Assembly: GCA_020633625.1 (NCBI GenBank)
Contig: JACKDJ010000024.1
Coordinates: forward strand, 2,660-66,659
Length of the DNA stretch: 64,000 bases
Reading direction: 5' to 3'
Origin: Myxococcales bacterium
Lineage (GTDB): Bacteria; Myxococcota_A; Bradymonadia; REDH01
Each line of letters opens with the position of its first letter. Position 1 is the stretch's first letter. The position numbers were made by a program, and so were the translations under genes. Below the pieces are notes generated by a model. That model saw only the letters and a list, made by a program, of their open reading frames with translations, searched no databases and had not been told where the DNA came from. This document shows, in pieces, positions 35,424 through 46,387 of this stretch.

Positions 35424-36166
35424 TCACCGCCGCGCAGGTCGCCAGCGTGCGCGCCGCGCTCCGCGACGCCGTCCTCTCGCGCGAGGCCGTAGTCGTCGGC
35501 ACAGCCGTCGCTTGTCTCTACGTCCTGATGACGCTCGGGCGGCCGAGCTTCTTTCGGAACGAGATCGCGCCGATCGTCGGGACGTGGCCGATGCCGGGGC
35601 TCTGGCCCTACGCCTGGTCATCGCTCTCGAGCGTCGTCACGCGAATGCTGGTGCCGCTACTCGTTATCCGACTCGTGTTTCACGAGTCGCCGCGCGACTG
35701 GGGCTATCGGCTCACGGGCGCGCGATCGTTCGTGTCGGTCTACGCCGCGCTGTTCACGGTCATGGTACCCATCGTCTGGTACTTCGCCGGCACACCCGCG
35801 TTTCAGCGCAAGTACCCGTTCTGGCACGAAGCCGGTGACGCGTGGAGCAACCTCCTCGCCTACGAGGCGCGCTACTTCTTCATCTTTCTGTCGGGCGAGT
35901 CCTTCTGGCGAGGCTTCATCCTCTTCGGCCTCGCTCGTCGTTTCGGCGCACAGGCCCTGTCGATCGCGATGATTCCCTACGTCATCGTCCACTTCGGGAA
36001 GCCCGTCCCGGAGACCTTCGGCGCCATCCTGACCGCGTATGCGCTTGGTGCGCTCGCGCTCCGGCACCGCTCGTTCGCGCTCGGCGTCGCGCTCCACTAC
36101 ACCGTCGCCGTCACGATGGACGTGCTCGCGCTGGTCCGCGGCGCTGGCCTCCCCGATCACTGGTAG
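35420..36166 (+). CDS. CPBP-family intramembrane glutamic endopeptidase (CAAX protease/Abi-like)
   Basis: Polytopic. GESFWRGF (E-x-x-x-R motif) and HFGKPVPE...HYTVAV (His motifs). GTG 35420 overlaps the mpl stop (GTGA). The start is uncertain. Confidence 0.65.
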   Translation: MITAAQVASVRAALRDAVLSREAVVVGTAVACLYVLMTLGRPSFFRNEIAPIVGTWPMPGLWPYAWSSLSSVVTRMLVPLLVIRLVFHESPRDWGYRLTGARSFVSVYAALFTVMVPIVWYFAGTPAFQRKYPFWHEAGDAWSNLLAYEARYFFIFLSGESFWRGFILFGLARRFGAQALSIAMIPYVIVHFGKPVPETFGAILTAYALGALALRHRSFALGVALHYTVAVTMDVLALVRGAGLPDHW

Positions 36167-36227
36167 ACGCGCAACCACGGCGAGCGAATCGCGACCAAGT
36201 GGGCCCCCTGTCCGAGCCGGAGGTCCC

Positions 36228-36941
36228 ATGTCCCGTGTTGCAGCAGTGCTGTTGCTCCGTGTTCGCCACGCGTCAGCCTACTTTGCCGTCGTAGGAGCGT
36301 GCTTAGCCCCCAACCGCGCGGCGGCGCAGTCCACCTCGCCTCCGGCGGTCCCGCCCCCGTCGGTCTGCGCGCCGACGCTCGAGGCCACAGTCGCCCGCGC
36401 GATCGAGACGGCCGGGCTGTCGGCCGACGTCGATGACCGGTGGGCTCGTCAGGCCCGACGCGCGGCCCTCGTCCCGGCGACCATTCGCCTTCGGCTCGGC
36501 CGACGTGCATCCGACGTGTTTCGGCTCGAGACGCGGCTGGACCAGGACTTCGACGGAGAGCTGCTCGCCGACGGCACCGACCTGAGCGACGTTCAGCGCG
36601 CCGGCGACGACCACGTCCAGACCATCGAGGTCGCTGCAGAGTGGCGGCTGTCGGGCGCCGTATGGGGGCCCGAACAGATCGCGATCGCGCGGGCCGTGGC
36701 GGACCGCGCAGAACAGCGAGTCGAGCTCGCCGACGACGTCACGACCGTCTACGCGGCGTGGTGCGGCATCGTCACAGCCCAGGCGCTGTCGGTCGCGCCG
36801 GCCGCGATGGACGCGACCGCCGAGCCAACTCGGGGCCCCGCCGAAGTGAGCACTCTCGCGCGGCTGGCCGCCCTCCTCGACGTCTACACCGACGGCTGGT
36901 TTGCGCGCGCGGTGGCGTCCGAGGGACGCTCGTCGCCTTAG
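36228..36941 (+). CDS. hypothetical secreted protein
   Basis: GGAGG RBS before ATG 36228. A signal-like N-terminus precedes a helical Ala/Arg/Asp-rich body. Its stop overlaps the convergent trxA stop. Confidence 0.45.
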   Translation: MSRVAAVLLLRVRHASAYFAVVGACLAPNRAAAQSTSPPAVPPPSVCAPTLEATVARAIETAGLSADVDDRWARQARRAALVPATIRLRLGRRASDVFRLETRLDQDFDGELLADGTDLSDVQRAGDDHVQTIEVAAEWRLSGAVWGPEQIAIARAVADRAEQRVELADDVTTVYAAWCGIVTAQALSVAPAAMDATAEPTRGPAEVSTLARLAALLDVYTDGWFARAVASEGRSSP

Positions 36942-37264
36942 CGCGCGGCCTGCTCGAAGAAGTCCACGATGCTCTTGCGGCCGCCGAAGCCGACCAGGCG
37001 GCCGACGATCTGTCCGCCCTTGAACGCGATCAGCGTCGGGATGCCCTGGATACCGAACTGCTGGCCGACGCGGTTGTTGTCGACATTCACCTTCGCGACC
37101 TGGACCCGACCCTCGTACGTGGTCGACAGCTCCTCGAGCACCGGCGCGATCTGACGGCACGGACCGCACCACGGGGCCCAGAAGTCGACGATCGTCGGGA
37201 CGCTCGCGTCGATGACGGTCTGCTTGAAGTTGGCGTCGGTCGCCTCGATCGTCTTGCCTGCCAT
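36938..37264 (-). CDS. trxA: thioredoxin
   Basis: 108 aa with the WAPWCGPC active site and GIPTLIAFKGG. Confidence 0.9.
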   Translation of the reverse strand: MAGKTIEATDANFKQTVIDASVPTIVDFWAPWCGPCRQIAPVLEELSTTYEGRVQVAKVNVDNNRVGQQFGIQGIPTLIAFKGGQIVGRLVGFGGRKSIVDFFEQAAR

Positions 37265-37367
37265 GTGCGGCCTCTTTTCGTTGGGAGGGGGGTGGCGTGC
37301 CGGCATCTAAGGCACCGGTCAACGGACCGTCAAGCGCCCCCCTCGCCCCTCGGTCGACGCGCTGCGT

Positions 37368-38456
37368 TCAGAACGTCGCGCGTCGCATCGAGATGCTCAT
37401 CAGCAGGCCGAGCGAGCAGAACACCGTGAGCACCGACGATCCGCCGTAGCTCGCGAGGGGGAGCCACAGGCCGACAACTGGCAGCATTCCGAGGACCATC
37501 CCGAGGTTCACGACGACGTGCCAGAAGAACAGCGCGGCGATGCCCACCGCGCAGAGCACGGCGAAGCGATCTCGGCCGTAGCGCGCGATCCGGAGGCACC
37601 AGACGATCAGCGCGAAGTAGAGCGCGAGGAGCGTGAGGCTGCCGAAGAATCCGAACTGCTCGCCGTGGTGCGCGAAGATGAAGTCGTTCTCGTGCTCGGG
37701 GACGAACCCGTTCTGCACCTGCGTGCCATGCAGAAAGCCTTTCCCCCACAGCCGCCCCGACCCGATCGCGATCTTGGCTTGGTTCACCTGCCACGCGTCG
37801 CCCTGGAGGTTCTCGGCTGGGTTCAGGAACGCGAGCACGCGCGCTCGTTGATAGTCCTTCATCCCGAACTGCCACATCAGCGGCGCGGTGACCGCGCCGA
37901 TCGCGGCCAGCGCCAGCAACATCGAGCGACGGATCCCATCAAAGAAGCAGACCGAGGCGAAGATGAAGACGATCACGAGACCGGTGCCGAGGTCGGGCTC
38001 AAGCACCACGAGGATCACGGGCCCGAGGCAGAGTGCTGTCGGCACGAGGAGCGTCCCCAGCCCGTGCCCACGCGGGTCGTCGTGATCGTGTAGGTAGCGC
38101 GCGGTGACGATAACGACGACGAGCTTCATCAGCTCCGACGGCTGGAGCATGAAGACGCCGAGGTCCAGCCAGCGCGTCGAGTTGTTGTACGTGGTCCCGA
38201 ACGGAAACACGGCGAGCAGCAGCAGCACGACCCCGCCCAGCATCGGATACGCCCAGCGCGCGGCGAGGCGGTAGTCGCGGGTGGCGATGAGCGCCGCCAG
38301 ACCGCCGCCCACGAGCATCCGGACCGCCTGCGTGATGTGGTAGCTCCGGTCCGCGACAACCGACGCGCTGTACAGGTTCAGCAAGCCTACGGCGCACACT
38401 GCGATCACGAGCAGGAAGAGCGTCCAGTCGAAGACGCGGTGACTGTTCCGACTCAT
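37368..38456 (-). CDS. rodA: peptidoglycan glycosyltransferase RodA (SEDS family)
   Basis: FDWTLFLLVIAVCAVGLLNLYSAS, LQPSELMKL, and FVPEHENDFIFA followed by GEQFG. ATGA overlap with the mrdA stop. Confidence 0.9.
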   Translation of the reverse strand: MSRNSHRVFDWTLFLLVIAVCAVGLLNLYSASVVADRSYHITQAVRMLVGGGLAALIATRDYRLAARWAYPMLGGVVLLLLAVFPFGTTYNNSTRWLDLGVFMLQPSELMKLVVVIVTARYLHDHDDPRGHGLGTLLVPTALCLGPVILVVLEPDLGTGLVIVFIFASVCFFDGIRRSMLLALAAIGAVTAPLMWQFGMKDYQRARVLAFLNPAENLQGDAWQVNQAKIAIGSGRLWGKGFLHGTQVQNGFVPEHENDFIFAHHGEQFGFFGSLTLLALYFALIVWCLRIARYGRDRFAVLCAVGIAALFFWHVVVNLGMVLGMLPVVGLWLPLASYGGSSVLTVFCSLGLLMSISMRRATF

Positions 38457-40570
38457 CGCACACCCCCGACCGCCGTCGGCGCCGTGATCGGCCCCGGCTC
38501 CTCGGACCCTTCGCTTGGCGCGGCCTCGATCGCATGGGCAGCAAGCCACGCGTCAGGGTCGTCACGCAGCGCGGCGAGGGGCGGGAGTCGACCTCGCGGG
38601 CGCGAGAAGAGGCCGGCGAGGTCGTCGTACTGCCGCGTCTGTAGCGCGCGCTCGATCGTGTCGTTCCACCCGAGGATCTGGCGAAAGTATGAGTCGATCA
38701 CCCGCATCGCGACGGGCGCCGCCGCGCTCGAGCCCTGCCCGCCGTGCTCCAGGAAGACGGCGACGACGATCTGGGGGTTGTCTCTGGGCGCGAACGCGAC
38801 GAACCATGCGTGGTCGCGGTCCCAGTGGATGACCTGGCCGTTGAGCAGACGCACGGTCTCCAGCGAGCGTACCTGCGCGGTCCCGGTCTTGCCGACGACG
38901 TGCATGTACGGGAGGCGCTGCTCGTAGGCGGTGCCCTCGGGGTCGTTCACGACGGCATCGAGCCCCTCTACGATTTGCGCGATGTGCTCCGGCGCGAAGC
39001 TCAGCTCGTTCCGAACGCGCGGCGGGTAGTCGAAGATCACGTCGCCGTCGGCCGTCGTGACGCTGTCTACGACACGGGGGTAGTACAGCGTACCGCCGTT
39101 CGCGAACGCCGCGTACGCGAGCGCCATCTGGAGCGGAGACGTCCGCGTGTCGCCCTGCCCGACCGACGTGTTGACCGTAAAGCCGTACTGGAAGCCGCCA
39201 GGAGAGTGCTCGTCGTGCCACTCACGGGTGGGGACGACCCCGGCGGACTCGCCGTTGAACCCCAGCCCCGGCCGCTCGCCCAGTCCGAGCTCCGACGCGT
39301 ACTGCGCGAGCGTGTCGATGCCGAGCTGCAGCCCGAGCTGGTAGAAGTAGACGTCGCACGAGTGCGCGAGCGCCTCGCGCAGGTTGACGTCGCCGTGACC
39401 GTACCGGTTCCAGCAGTGGAAGCGGCGGTTTCCGTAGTCGAGGTAGCCCGGACACTCGATCTCGTCTTCGGAGTCGACGACGCCCTCCTCGAGCGCGGCG
39501 ATCGCGGTGATCACCTTGAACGTCGAGGCCGGGAAGTACGAGAGGACGGTCTTGTCGAGCATCGGGTGAAACGGGTCGTTGTCGGACATCCGCTTCTCCT
39601 GCTCGCTCAGCCGACCGGACCAAGCGTTCGGGTTGAACCCGGGCTTGGAGTACATGCCGAGGATCGCGCCGTCGCGCGGGTCGATCGCGACGACGGCGCC
39701 GCTGAGGGAGTCCGCCATCGCCGACTCGATGAGCGACTGCAACTCGATGTCGACGGTGAGGTGCAGGTTGCGGCCCGCGACGGAGTCGATGTCGCGGTAG
39801 CTCCCGAGGAGCTGCCGGTTCACCGCTTCCGGTTGGACGTCGCCGTCGACGTCGACGACCTGGCGGAGCAGCCCCGGAGCGCCACGCAGGATCGGCTCGT
39901 AGGCGCGCTCGATTCCCGTCCGGCCGACGTAGTCGCCAGGGTGGTATCCGTAGGCTTCGAGGTCGGCGAGCTCATCGTCACGGACCTCGTTCATGAACCC
40001 GACGAGGTGGGCGGTCAGAGAGTCGTACGGGTAGTTTCGCTGCTGGGAGACGGAGATGTAGACGCCCGGAAGCTCGGAGCGTCGCGTCTCGAGCTCCGCG
40101 ACCTGATCGCGCGTCGCGTCGCGCCCCACGAGCAGGTCGGACCGCCGCTCCGACGTCACGGACCGCTCGAGACGGCCGCGGTCATCCTCGGCGAGGTTCA
40201 GGATCGACGCGAGCAGCGGCACGGCGTCCGGGTGCTTCGCGAGGACTCGCGGCGAGACGAAGACATCATACGCTGGGCGATTCTCGGCGAGCAGCCGCCC
40301 CTGCGCATCGTAGATAAGGCCGCGATCGGGCGGCAGCTCGACCTCACGAACGAAGTTGCGGCTCGCGAGCCGGTCGAGCTCGTCGCCGCGCACGACCTGA
40401 AGGACGTACAGGCGCGCGCCGAGCGCGCAGAAAGGGAGGAAGAACAGGAAGGCGAGCAGGCGCAGGCGTCCGTCGAACTCCCTCAGATCGTTGCGCGACG
40501 AGACGCCGTCTGCCCCTTGGACGGGGCTCCGACTCCCCGCTTGCGGCCGGCTTCGACGTCGCGCACTCAT
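38453..40570 (-). CDS. mrdA: penicillin-binding protein 2 (elongasome transpeptidase)
   Basis: RGLIYDAQGRLLAENRP; the SxxK motif in PASTFKVITA; SCDVYF; KTGTAQV. ATG 40570 overlaps the mreD stop. The upstream 132 codons of the ORF were rejected. Confidence 0.9.
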   Translation of the reverse strand: MSARRRSRPQAGSRSPVQGADGVSSRNDLREFDGRLRLLAFLFFLPFCALGARLYVLQVVRGDELDRLASRNFVREVELPPDRGLIYDAQGRLLAENRPAYDVFVSPRVLAKHPDAVPLLASILNLAEDDRGRLERSVTSERRSDLLVGRDATRDQVAELETRRSELPGVYISVSQQRNYPYDSLTAHLVGFMNEVRDDELADLEAYGYHPGDYVGRTGIERAYEPILRGAPGLLRQVVDVDGDVQPEAVNRQLLGSYRDIDSVAGRNLHLTVDIELQSLIESAMADSLSGAVVAIDPRDGAILGMYSKPGFNPNAWSGRLSEQEKRMSDNDPFHPMLDKTVLSYFPASTFKVITAIAALEEGVVDSEDEIECPGYLDYGNRRFHCWNRYGHGDVNLREALAHSCDVYFYQLGLQLGIDTLAQYASELGLGERPGLGFNGESAGVVPTREWHDEHSPGGFQYGFTVNTSVGQGDTRTSPLQMALAYAAFANGGTLYYPRVVDSVTTADGDVIFDYPPRVRNELSFAPEHIAQIVEGLDAVVNDPEGTAYEQRLPYMHVVGKTGTAQVRSLETVRLLNGQVIHWDRDHAWFVAFAPRDNPQIVVAVFLEHGGQGSSAAAPVAMRVIDSYFRQILGWNDTIERALQTRQYDDLAGLFSRPRGRLPPLAALRDDPDAWLAAHAIEAAPSEGSEEPGPITAPTAVGGVR

Positions 40571-41079
40571 CGGAACAGCGTGGTCTTGGCTTGGCGGGCG
40601 TGGAGCGTCGGCTCCAGCGCCCCGAGCGCGGCGTTGAACGGCAGTGCGACCAGCCCCGTCAGCAGCGCGATCGCCGGGCTGACCCGCAGCAACGTCCCCG
40701 CGAGCGGGACGCCGGGGAGCAACAGCGCGGCGATAGCGACGTAGCTGACGTCGTGGACGACGCTCGCGGCCGTGGCCCACCCAGCCGCGACCGCCGCGCG
40801 CCCGAGCGGGAGGCGACGACGCGCCCACCGGGTCGCAAACACGACCAGCAGCAGCGCCAACAGGTCGACCCCGCGGGTCGGGCCGATCGACGCGCCGCCG
40901 ACGAGTCCAACGACGAGGGTCGCGAGCAGCGCGCCGAAGAGATCGCGACGCGCCGCTGCGTAGCACGCGACGATCACCGTCGTCGCCGGGAGCAGCGCGC
41001 TGATGTTCAGGACCGTCGCGCCCACCGACGTCGCGACCAACACCAGGAGCCCGGCGGCGATGGAGAGGAGGTTGAACAT
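40567..41079 (-). CDS. mreD: rod shape-determining protein MreD
   Basis: 170-aa polytopic hydrophobic protein located between mreC and mrdA. Confidence 0.7.
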   Translation of the reverse strand: MFNLLSIAAGLLVLVATSVGATVLNISALLPATTVIVACYAAARRDLFGALLATLVVGLVGGASIGPTRGVDLLALLLVVFATRWARRRLPLGRAAVAAGWATAASVVHDVSYVAIAALLLPGVPLAGTLLRVSPAIALLTGLVALPFNAALGALEPTLHARQAKTTLFR

Positions 41080-41094
41080 CTCAGCGCCCGCCGT

Positions 41095-41937
41095 TCACGG
41101 CGCCCCGTCGTCGAGGATGACGAACACCTCCTCGAGGCGCGCAAAGTCGACCGAAGGCTCGACCTGGACCTCCTGAAACAGCCCGTGCGACGCCTCGCGG
41201 ATCGCAGCGATGCGACCGACGACCAGGTCGGGAGGAAAGCGTCCCCCCATTCCGCTCGTCACGACGACGTCGCCCAGCGCCACCTCCTCGCGACGCAGCA
41301 GGTATGCGATGCGCGCGCGGTAGTCGTCCGCGTGCCCGAGACCTTGGACGACGCCGCGCGCTCGGTTGTGCTGCACGACGACATCGATGCTCGATCGTGG
41401 GTCGACGGCCAGCGTCACCTCGGCGGAGGTCCCGACGACGGCGGAGACGTGTCCAACGACGCCCGACGATGCGACGACCGGGAGGCCCGGGTGGACGCGC
41501 GGGTCGCGGACGAGGAGGCGAACCGAGAGCACCCGGAAGAACGGCGAGACGTCCTTCGCGACCACCCGTGCGGGCAGCAGCTCGAGCTGCGGGTGTGCCT
41601 CGCCGAAGCCGACCATCGCGCGGAGCCGCGCGTTCTCCTGCATCACGCCGAGGAGGCGCGTGTGCTCGTCGCGGAGCCGGTCGAGCTCGGCGCGAAGGCG
41701 GCGGTTCTCGTCACCGACCGCGACGAGGTCGAGGTAGCGGTCCCAGGCGCCGGCGACGCTCGCGGTCGCGGCGTGCGCAGCGGCCTGGGTGCCGGTCATT
41801 GCCTGGAAAGTTGCCGCTCCGACCACGCCTACTTCGGGGCCGACACCGCGGCGGCCGGAGAGCACCAGCGCGGCGGCGGCGAGCAGGTAGACGCCGAGGA
41901 GCGCGGTCGTACGAAAGCGGAGAAGAAGGTCGAACAA
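41095..41937 (-). CDS. mreC: rod shape-determining protein MreC
   Basis: N-terminal TM helix, coiled coil (ENRRLRAELDRLRDE), then beta domains (GVVGHVSAV...; VVTSGMGGRFPPDLVVGRI). Confidence 0.85.
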   Translation of the reverse strand: MFDLLLRFRTTALLGVYLLAAAALVLSGRRGVGPEVGVVGAATFQAMTGTQAAAHAATASVAGAWDRYLDLVAVGDENRRLRAELDRLRDEHTRLLGVMQENARLRAMVGFGEAHPQLELLPARVVAKDVSPFFRVLSVRLLVRDPRVHPGLPVVASSGVVGHVSAVVGTSAEVTLAVDPRSSIDVVVQHNRARGVVQGLGHADDYRARIAYLLRREEVALGDVVVTSGMGGRFPPDLVVGRIAAIREASHGLFQEVQVEPSVDFARLEEVFVILDDGAP

Positions 41938-41944
41938 GGCTCGG

Positions 41945-42988
<1,044 letters not shown>

Positions 42989-43066
42989 TCACCGGACAGG
43001 CACGGCCGAGCCGCTGCGCCTCCCGTACCCGAGCGGCACGGGGGGCGCAAGCGGCATTATCTCCGC

Positions 43067-43095
43067 TTGCAAGCCCGTTTGCGCGCCGCTATAGG
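43067..43095 (+). promoter_or_regulatory. candidate sigma70-type promoter for the PpiD-like gene
   Basis: TTGCAA-N17-TATAGG lies about 65 nt upstream of ATG 43163. It overlaps an 8-bp hairpin (GCAAGCGG-N8-CCGCTTGC). This is pattern match only. Confidence 0.3.
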
Positions 43096-43162
43096 TCGCC
43101 GCTCGCGCGCGCCCGGCACCCCCGCCGAGGCCCGCAGCAAGCCTCTCGCCGCAAGCAGTCTG

Positions 43163-44962
43163 ATGCGCCAAGCGCTCGAGCACACCTGGGGAAAGTGGAT
43201 CACCGGAGCCATCTTCGGGGCCATCATCCTCACGTTCATCATCTTCTTCGGACCCCAGAGCCGCGGCTACGCCCCGGGAAGCGTGGAGTGGGTCGCCAAG
43301 GTCGGTGACCTGACCGTCACCGACCGTGAGGTCATCGCCTCGCTCGACCGCTACTCGCGCCTCACCGGTCGCCGCCAACGCATGGACGACGCAGCGTTCG
43401 CGACCGCGCGCCGCGAGCTGACGCTCAACATGGCCGCCGTCGAGCTCCTCGCCCAGCGCGCCGAGGCCGCCGGCCTCGCCGTCTCCGACGACGAGCTCCG
43501 CTGCTTCATCGTCAACTGGCACCGCGGCTACACCCTTCGTGGCGAGCGCATCTGCGCGTCGTTCCCCGAGGACTACGCCGACCGCTACCGCAACTTCGAC
43601 ATCGTGTTCTTCACCGACGCCGGCGGGAAGTTCACGGACGACTACTCTGGGACCGTCCGCTCGACGTACCAGGTCGCTGTCGACGTCTTCGAGGCGCGCA
43701 AGCGTCAGGAGCTGCTCGCGCGCTACTACCTCGACCTGCTCGCCAGCACCGTCGCCGTCGCGCCCGGCCAGGTCCAGTCCGTCTACGAGCGCCGCAACAC
43801 CACCGTCGACCTCGAGTTCATCCGCCTCGACCCGGCCGCCGCGAGCGGTGGTGACCCCTCCAGCGAAGAGATCGCCGGCTACGCCGAGACCCACGGCGCC
43901 GAGATCGCGGCGCACTACGCGGACCACTCCGCCGACTTTGCCACGCCGCGCCAGATCCGGCTCCGCCGCGTCTACGTCCGCAAGCCCGCCGCCGACTCGC
44001 CCGAGTTCGCCGCCGCCCAGGCCAAGTTCCAGGGCGCCCTCGAGCGCGCGAACGCCGGCGAAGACTTCGAGGCGCTCGCACGCGAGCTCAGCGAGGTCCA
44101 GGCCGAGGCCGACGCCGGAGGAGACATGGGCATGCGCGCCCAGGACTCCATCGCCAGCGACCTCTGGACCGCCTCGCTGTCCCTCTCTGTCGGCGGCGTC
44201 ACGTCGGTCGAGCAGGAGTACGCGTGGAACGTCGTCAAGCTCGACGAGGTCGTCGAGAGCCAGACACGCTCCCTCGAAGAGGTCTCGGCAGAGATCGCCG
44301 AGACGCTGCTCCGCGCCGAGCGCACCGCCGCCGCCGCCGCCGGCCTCGACCGGCGCGCCGCACGGGTCCTCGCCCTCGCCGCCTCGTCCTCTCTCGCCGA
44401 CGCCGCCGCCGCCGAAGCCGCCGAGGCCACCGCCGCTCGCGTGTCCCCCGAGAACCCCGAGCCGACCCCCGTCGCACCCCTCGCCGTCGCGACCACCGGC
44501 CCGTTCGCCCGCGAGCGCCCGTCCCAGTTCGCGGCGATGCTCGCCGCACAAGGCGCCTCCGGCATCGAGTTCCCGCCCGACCCGGCAGACGAAGTCCCAA
44601 GCATCGGCACGTCGCGCGAGCTCGTCGCGACGGCCTTCGGACTCACCGAGGACGCGCCGCTCGTCCCCGAGATCGTGACCGTCGGCGACGCCCGCTTCAT
44701 CGTCCGGCTCAGCGCGCGCGCCGCGGCGCCCTCGCCCCCCGACGCCGCCGCCCTCGCCGCGATCGAGACCGAGCTGCGCGACGGGCTCGTCAGCGCCGTC
44801 GTCGGCGACCAGAACCAGCGCGCGTCGCTCGCCCTCTCGTTCCCCGGCCCGCAGTCGCCGGTGGTCGCCAGCGTCGTCGACGAGGCGCTCCACAACGGGA
44901 AGATCCGGCTCCGCGACGACTTCTTCGTCGTCCCGGCCAGCGACCCGGTCGAAGAGCTCTAG
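43163..44962 (+). CDS. PpiD/SurA-N-like periplasmic chaperone with parvulin-type PPIase-like domain
   Basis: N-terminal anchor WITGAIFGAIILTFIIFF. A SurA-N-like region precedes a rotamase-like segment (PRQIRLRRVYV...GDMGM...). The first 260 codons of ORF 42383..44962 lie antisense to mreB and were rejected. Confidence 0.7.
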   Translation: MRQALEHTWGKWITGAIFGAIILTFIIFFGPQSRGYAPGSVEWVAKVGDLTVTDREVIASLDRYSRLTGRRQRMDDAAFATARRELTLNMAAVELLAQRAEAAGLAVSDDELRCFIVNWHRGYTLRGERICASFPEDYADRYRNFDIVFFTDAGGKFTDDYSGTVRSTYQVAVDVFEARKRQELLARYYLDLLASTVAVAPGQVQSVYERRNTTVDLEFIRLDPAAASGGDPSSEEIAGYAETHGAEIAAHYADHSADFATPRQIRLRRVYVRKPAADSPEFAAAQAKFQGALERANAGEDFEALARELSEVQAEADAGGDMGMRAQDSIASDLWTASLSLSVGGVTSVEQEYAWNVVKLDEVVESQTRSLEEVSAEIAETLLRAERTAAAAAGLDRRAARVLALAASSSLADAAAAEAAEATAARVSPENPEPTPVAPLAVATTGPFARERPSQFAAMLAAQGASGIEFPPDPADEVPSIGTSRELVATAFGLTEDAPLVPEIVTVGDARFIVRLSARAAAPSPPDAAALAAIETELRDGLVSAVVGDQNQRASLALSFPGPQSPVVASVVDEALHNGKIRLRDDFFVVPASDPVEEL

Positions 44963-45003
44963 CGCCCAACCACCGCGGACGGGGCCCACCGCCCGCGTGC
45001 TGC

Positions 45004-45510
45004 CTAGGGCAGGCGCTCGTGGACGAGAGCCACGGAGCTCGCCTCGGTCGGTCCGAGCTGGAGAACGACCGTCCCGACCGGCAGGTACATCCAGTACCCC
45101 GCGACGACCGCATCGCACGCACCGTCGACGGAGAGCGGCGTCACAGTGATGTCGCCTCCGAAGCTCATCGCTGCGGAGAGCGGCACGTTCTCGGTCAGAA
45201 AGAATCCGTAGGTACCCGGCACCGACACCGCGAAGCCGACGTATCCCGACGCGGGGGCGCCCGCGGCGCCCGGCAACGTGACCTGCACCGACGTGTGCTC
45301 TGCGCTCACGTCCGGGATCCCGCCGAGAGCGCCGCTCGGCGTCGCGGTCACCTCGATGAACGGGCCGAGCGCGTGATGCTCGCAGGCCTCCTCGAGCGGG
45401 GTCCCCTCCGCCTCATCGGCCTCGCTCGGCTCGCCATCTCCACACGCGGACAGCATCGCCGCGCCGAAGGTGGTCACCCAAAGACATCTGCCAAGCCTCT
45501 CCGAGCTCAC
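45004..45510 (-). CDS. hypothetical lipoprotein, last gene of the znuA-linked cluster
   Basis: GGAGGA RBS and GTG 45510. Lipobox AAMLSACG. Acidic linker, then an EEACEHH motif and a beta-rich body with a second Cys (DGACD). Confidence 0.55.
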   Translation of the reverse strand: MSSERLGRCLWVTTFGAAMLSACGDGEPSEADEAEGTPLEEACEHHALGPFIEVTATPSGALGGIPDVSAEHTSVQVTLPGAAGAPASGYVGFAVSVPGTYGFFLTENVPLSAAMSFGGDITVTPLSVDGACDAVVAGYWMYLPVGTVVLQLGPTEASSVALVHERLP

Positions 45511-45541
45511 GTCTCCTCCGCGCCACAGACCCCTTGCGGAC

Positions 45542-46387
45542 TCAATCACCGACCATCCGCCACGCGACGAACTCCACCGACTCGCCGACCCGGTCGGCCA
45601 AGTCGACACCGGCAAGATCGACGTCTCCCCACCGCACATCATCGAACAGCGCGCCGACGACGGTGATGTGCCCTTCGATGTCGACGTGGAGCTCCTCGTG
45701 CGGGCCTACGACCGCAGAGAAGGCAGCGATCACCCGCTGGTCGAGCGCCAGATCGAGGTCTAGGTCGATGCCGCCGTCGGGAAGCCGACGATCCGGGCCC
45801 GAGCGCCGATCGTCGACGTGCGCAACGAGGCGCAGCCCCGTAACTCCGGCACGCAGCGCCGTGATGGTACCGCGATCCAGGTCGCATCCCTCCGGGCACA
45901 CTCTCCATCCGTCGATGGCCCAGTCGGGCCCCGGGGATATCGGAAAGACCGCCGTCGCCCTGCCAGCCGATGCGCCGAGCTCGGCGGTGACATCGTCGTA
46001 GCTGACGAGCGCGCCGTCGTCGGCGTGACAGTGGCCGTTGTGACACAGGGAGTAGCCGGTCGGCGGCGAAGCGGGGTCGAACGCCTCGGCCGCACCACCC
46101 GCGTCCATCACGACCTCGAGCGATGGGACCTCGAGAGAGAGCTCGCTCAGCGTCACCAGGTAGTCGTCCGACGTCGCGATCGAGTCGCCGACCATCCGGT
46201 CACCGAAGCTGTAGGTCGTCGTCCCGGTCGCCGTCAGACGCCCCCATGCGCTGCCATCGCGCAGCGCACACCCCGACGCCGCGGCACATGCGAGCGCCAC
46301 GGCCGCAGCCCGCCCCGCCGCTGCCCGTCTCCGGAGCGTGGCGAGCGCCGGCGCCGAGGTCGACGACGAACTAGAACGAGTGTGCAC
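45542..46387 (-). CDS. hypothetical lipoprotein with CHNGHCH and CPEGC motifs
   Basis: Arg-rich signal with lipobox (LACAAASGC). After the lipid Cys there are exactly four Cys in two pairs, SLCHNGHCHADDG and WRVCPEGCDLD. Overlaps the stop of the upstream beta-barrel gene by 17 nt. Confidence 0.6.
   Translation of the reverse strand: MHTRSSSSSTSAPALATLRRRAAAGRAAAVALACAAASGCALRDGSAWGRLTATGTTTYSFGDRMVGDSIATSDDYLVTLSELSLEVPSLEVVMDAGGAAEAFDPASPPTGYSLCHNGHCHADDGALVSYDDVTAELGASAGRATAVFPISPGPDWAIDGWRVCPEGCDLDRGTITALRAGVTGLRLVAHVDDRRSGPDRRLPDGGIDLDLDLALDQRVIAAFSAVVGPHEELHVDIEGHITVVGALFDDVRWGDVDLAGVDLADRVGESVEFVAWRMVGD

Noticed and set aside
38744-40744. 666-aa plus-strand ORF, together with 42989..45118 (709 aa, minus), 57360..58964 (534 aa, minus), 61737..63530 (597 aa, minus), 19759..21330 (523 aa, minus) and 55369..56913 (514 aa, minus).
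   Set aside because: All lie antisense or off-frame to strongly supported genes (mrdA, the PpiD-like gene, ettA, cysN, the esterase-like gene and the MATE gene). All show the same R/D/E/G/A/V low-complexity pattern.
2382-41079. Frequent 4-nt ATGA/GTGA start/stop overlaps at 2382, 7712, 14637, 17117, 35420, 38453, 40567, 47507, 49378 and 53875.
   Set aside because: They were used as supporting evidence for start-codon choice and operon structure. They are common in compact high-GC genomes and are not novel in themselves.
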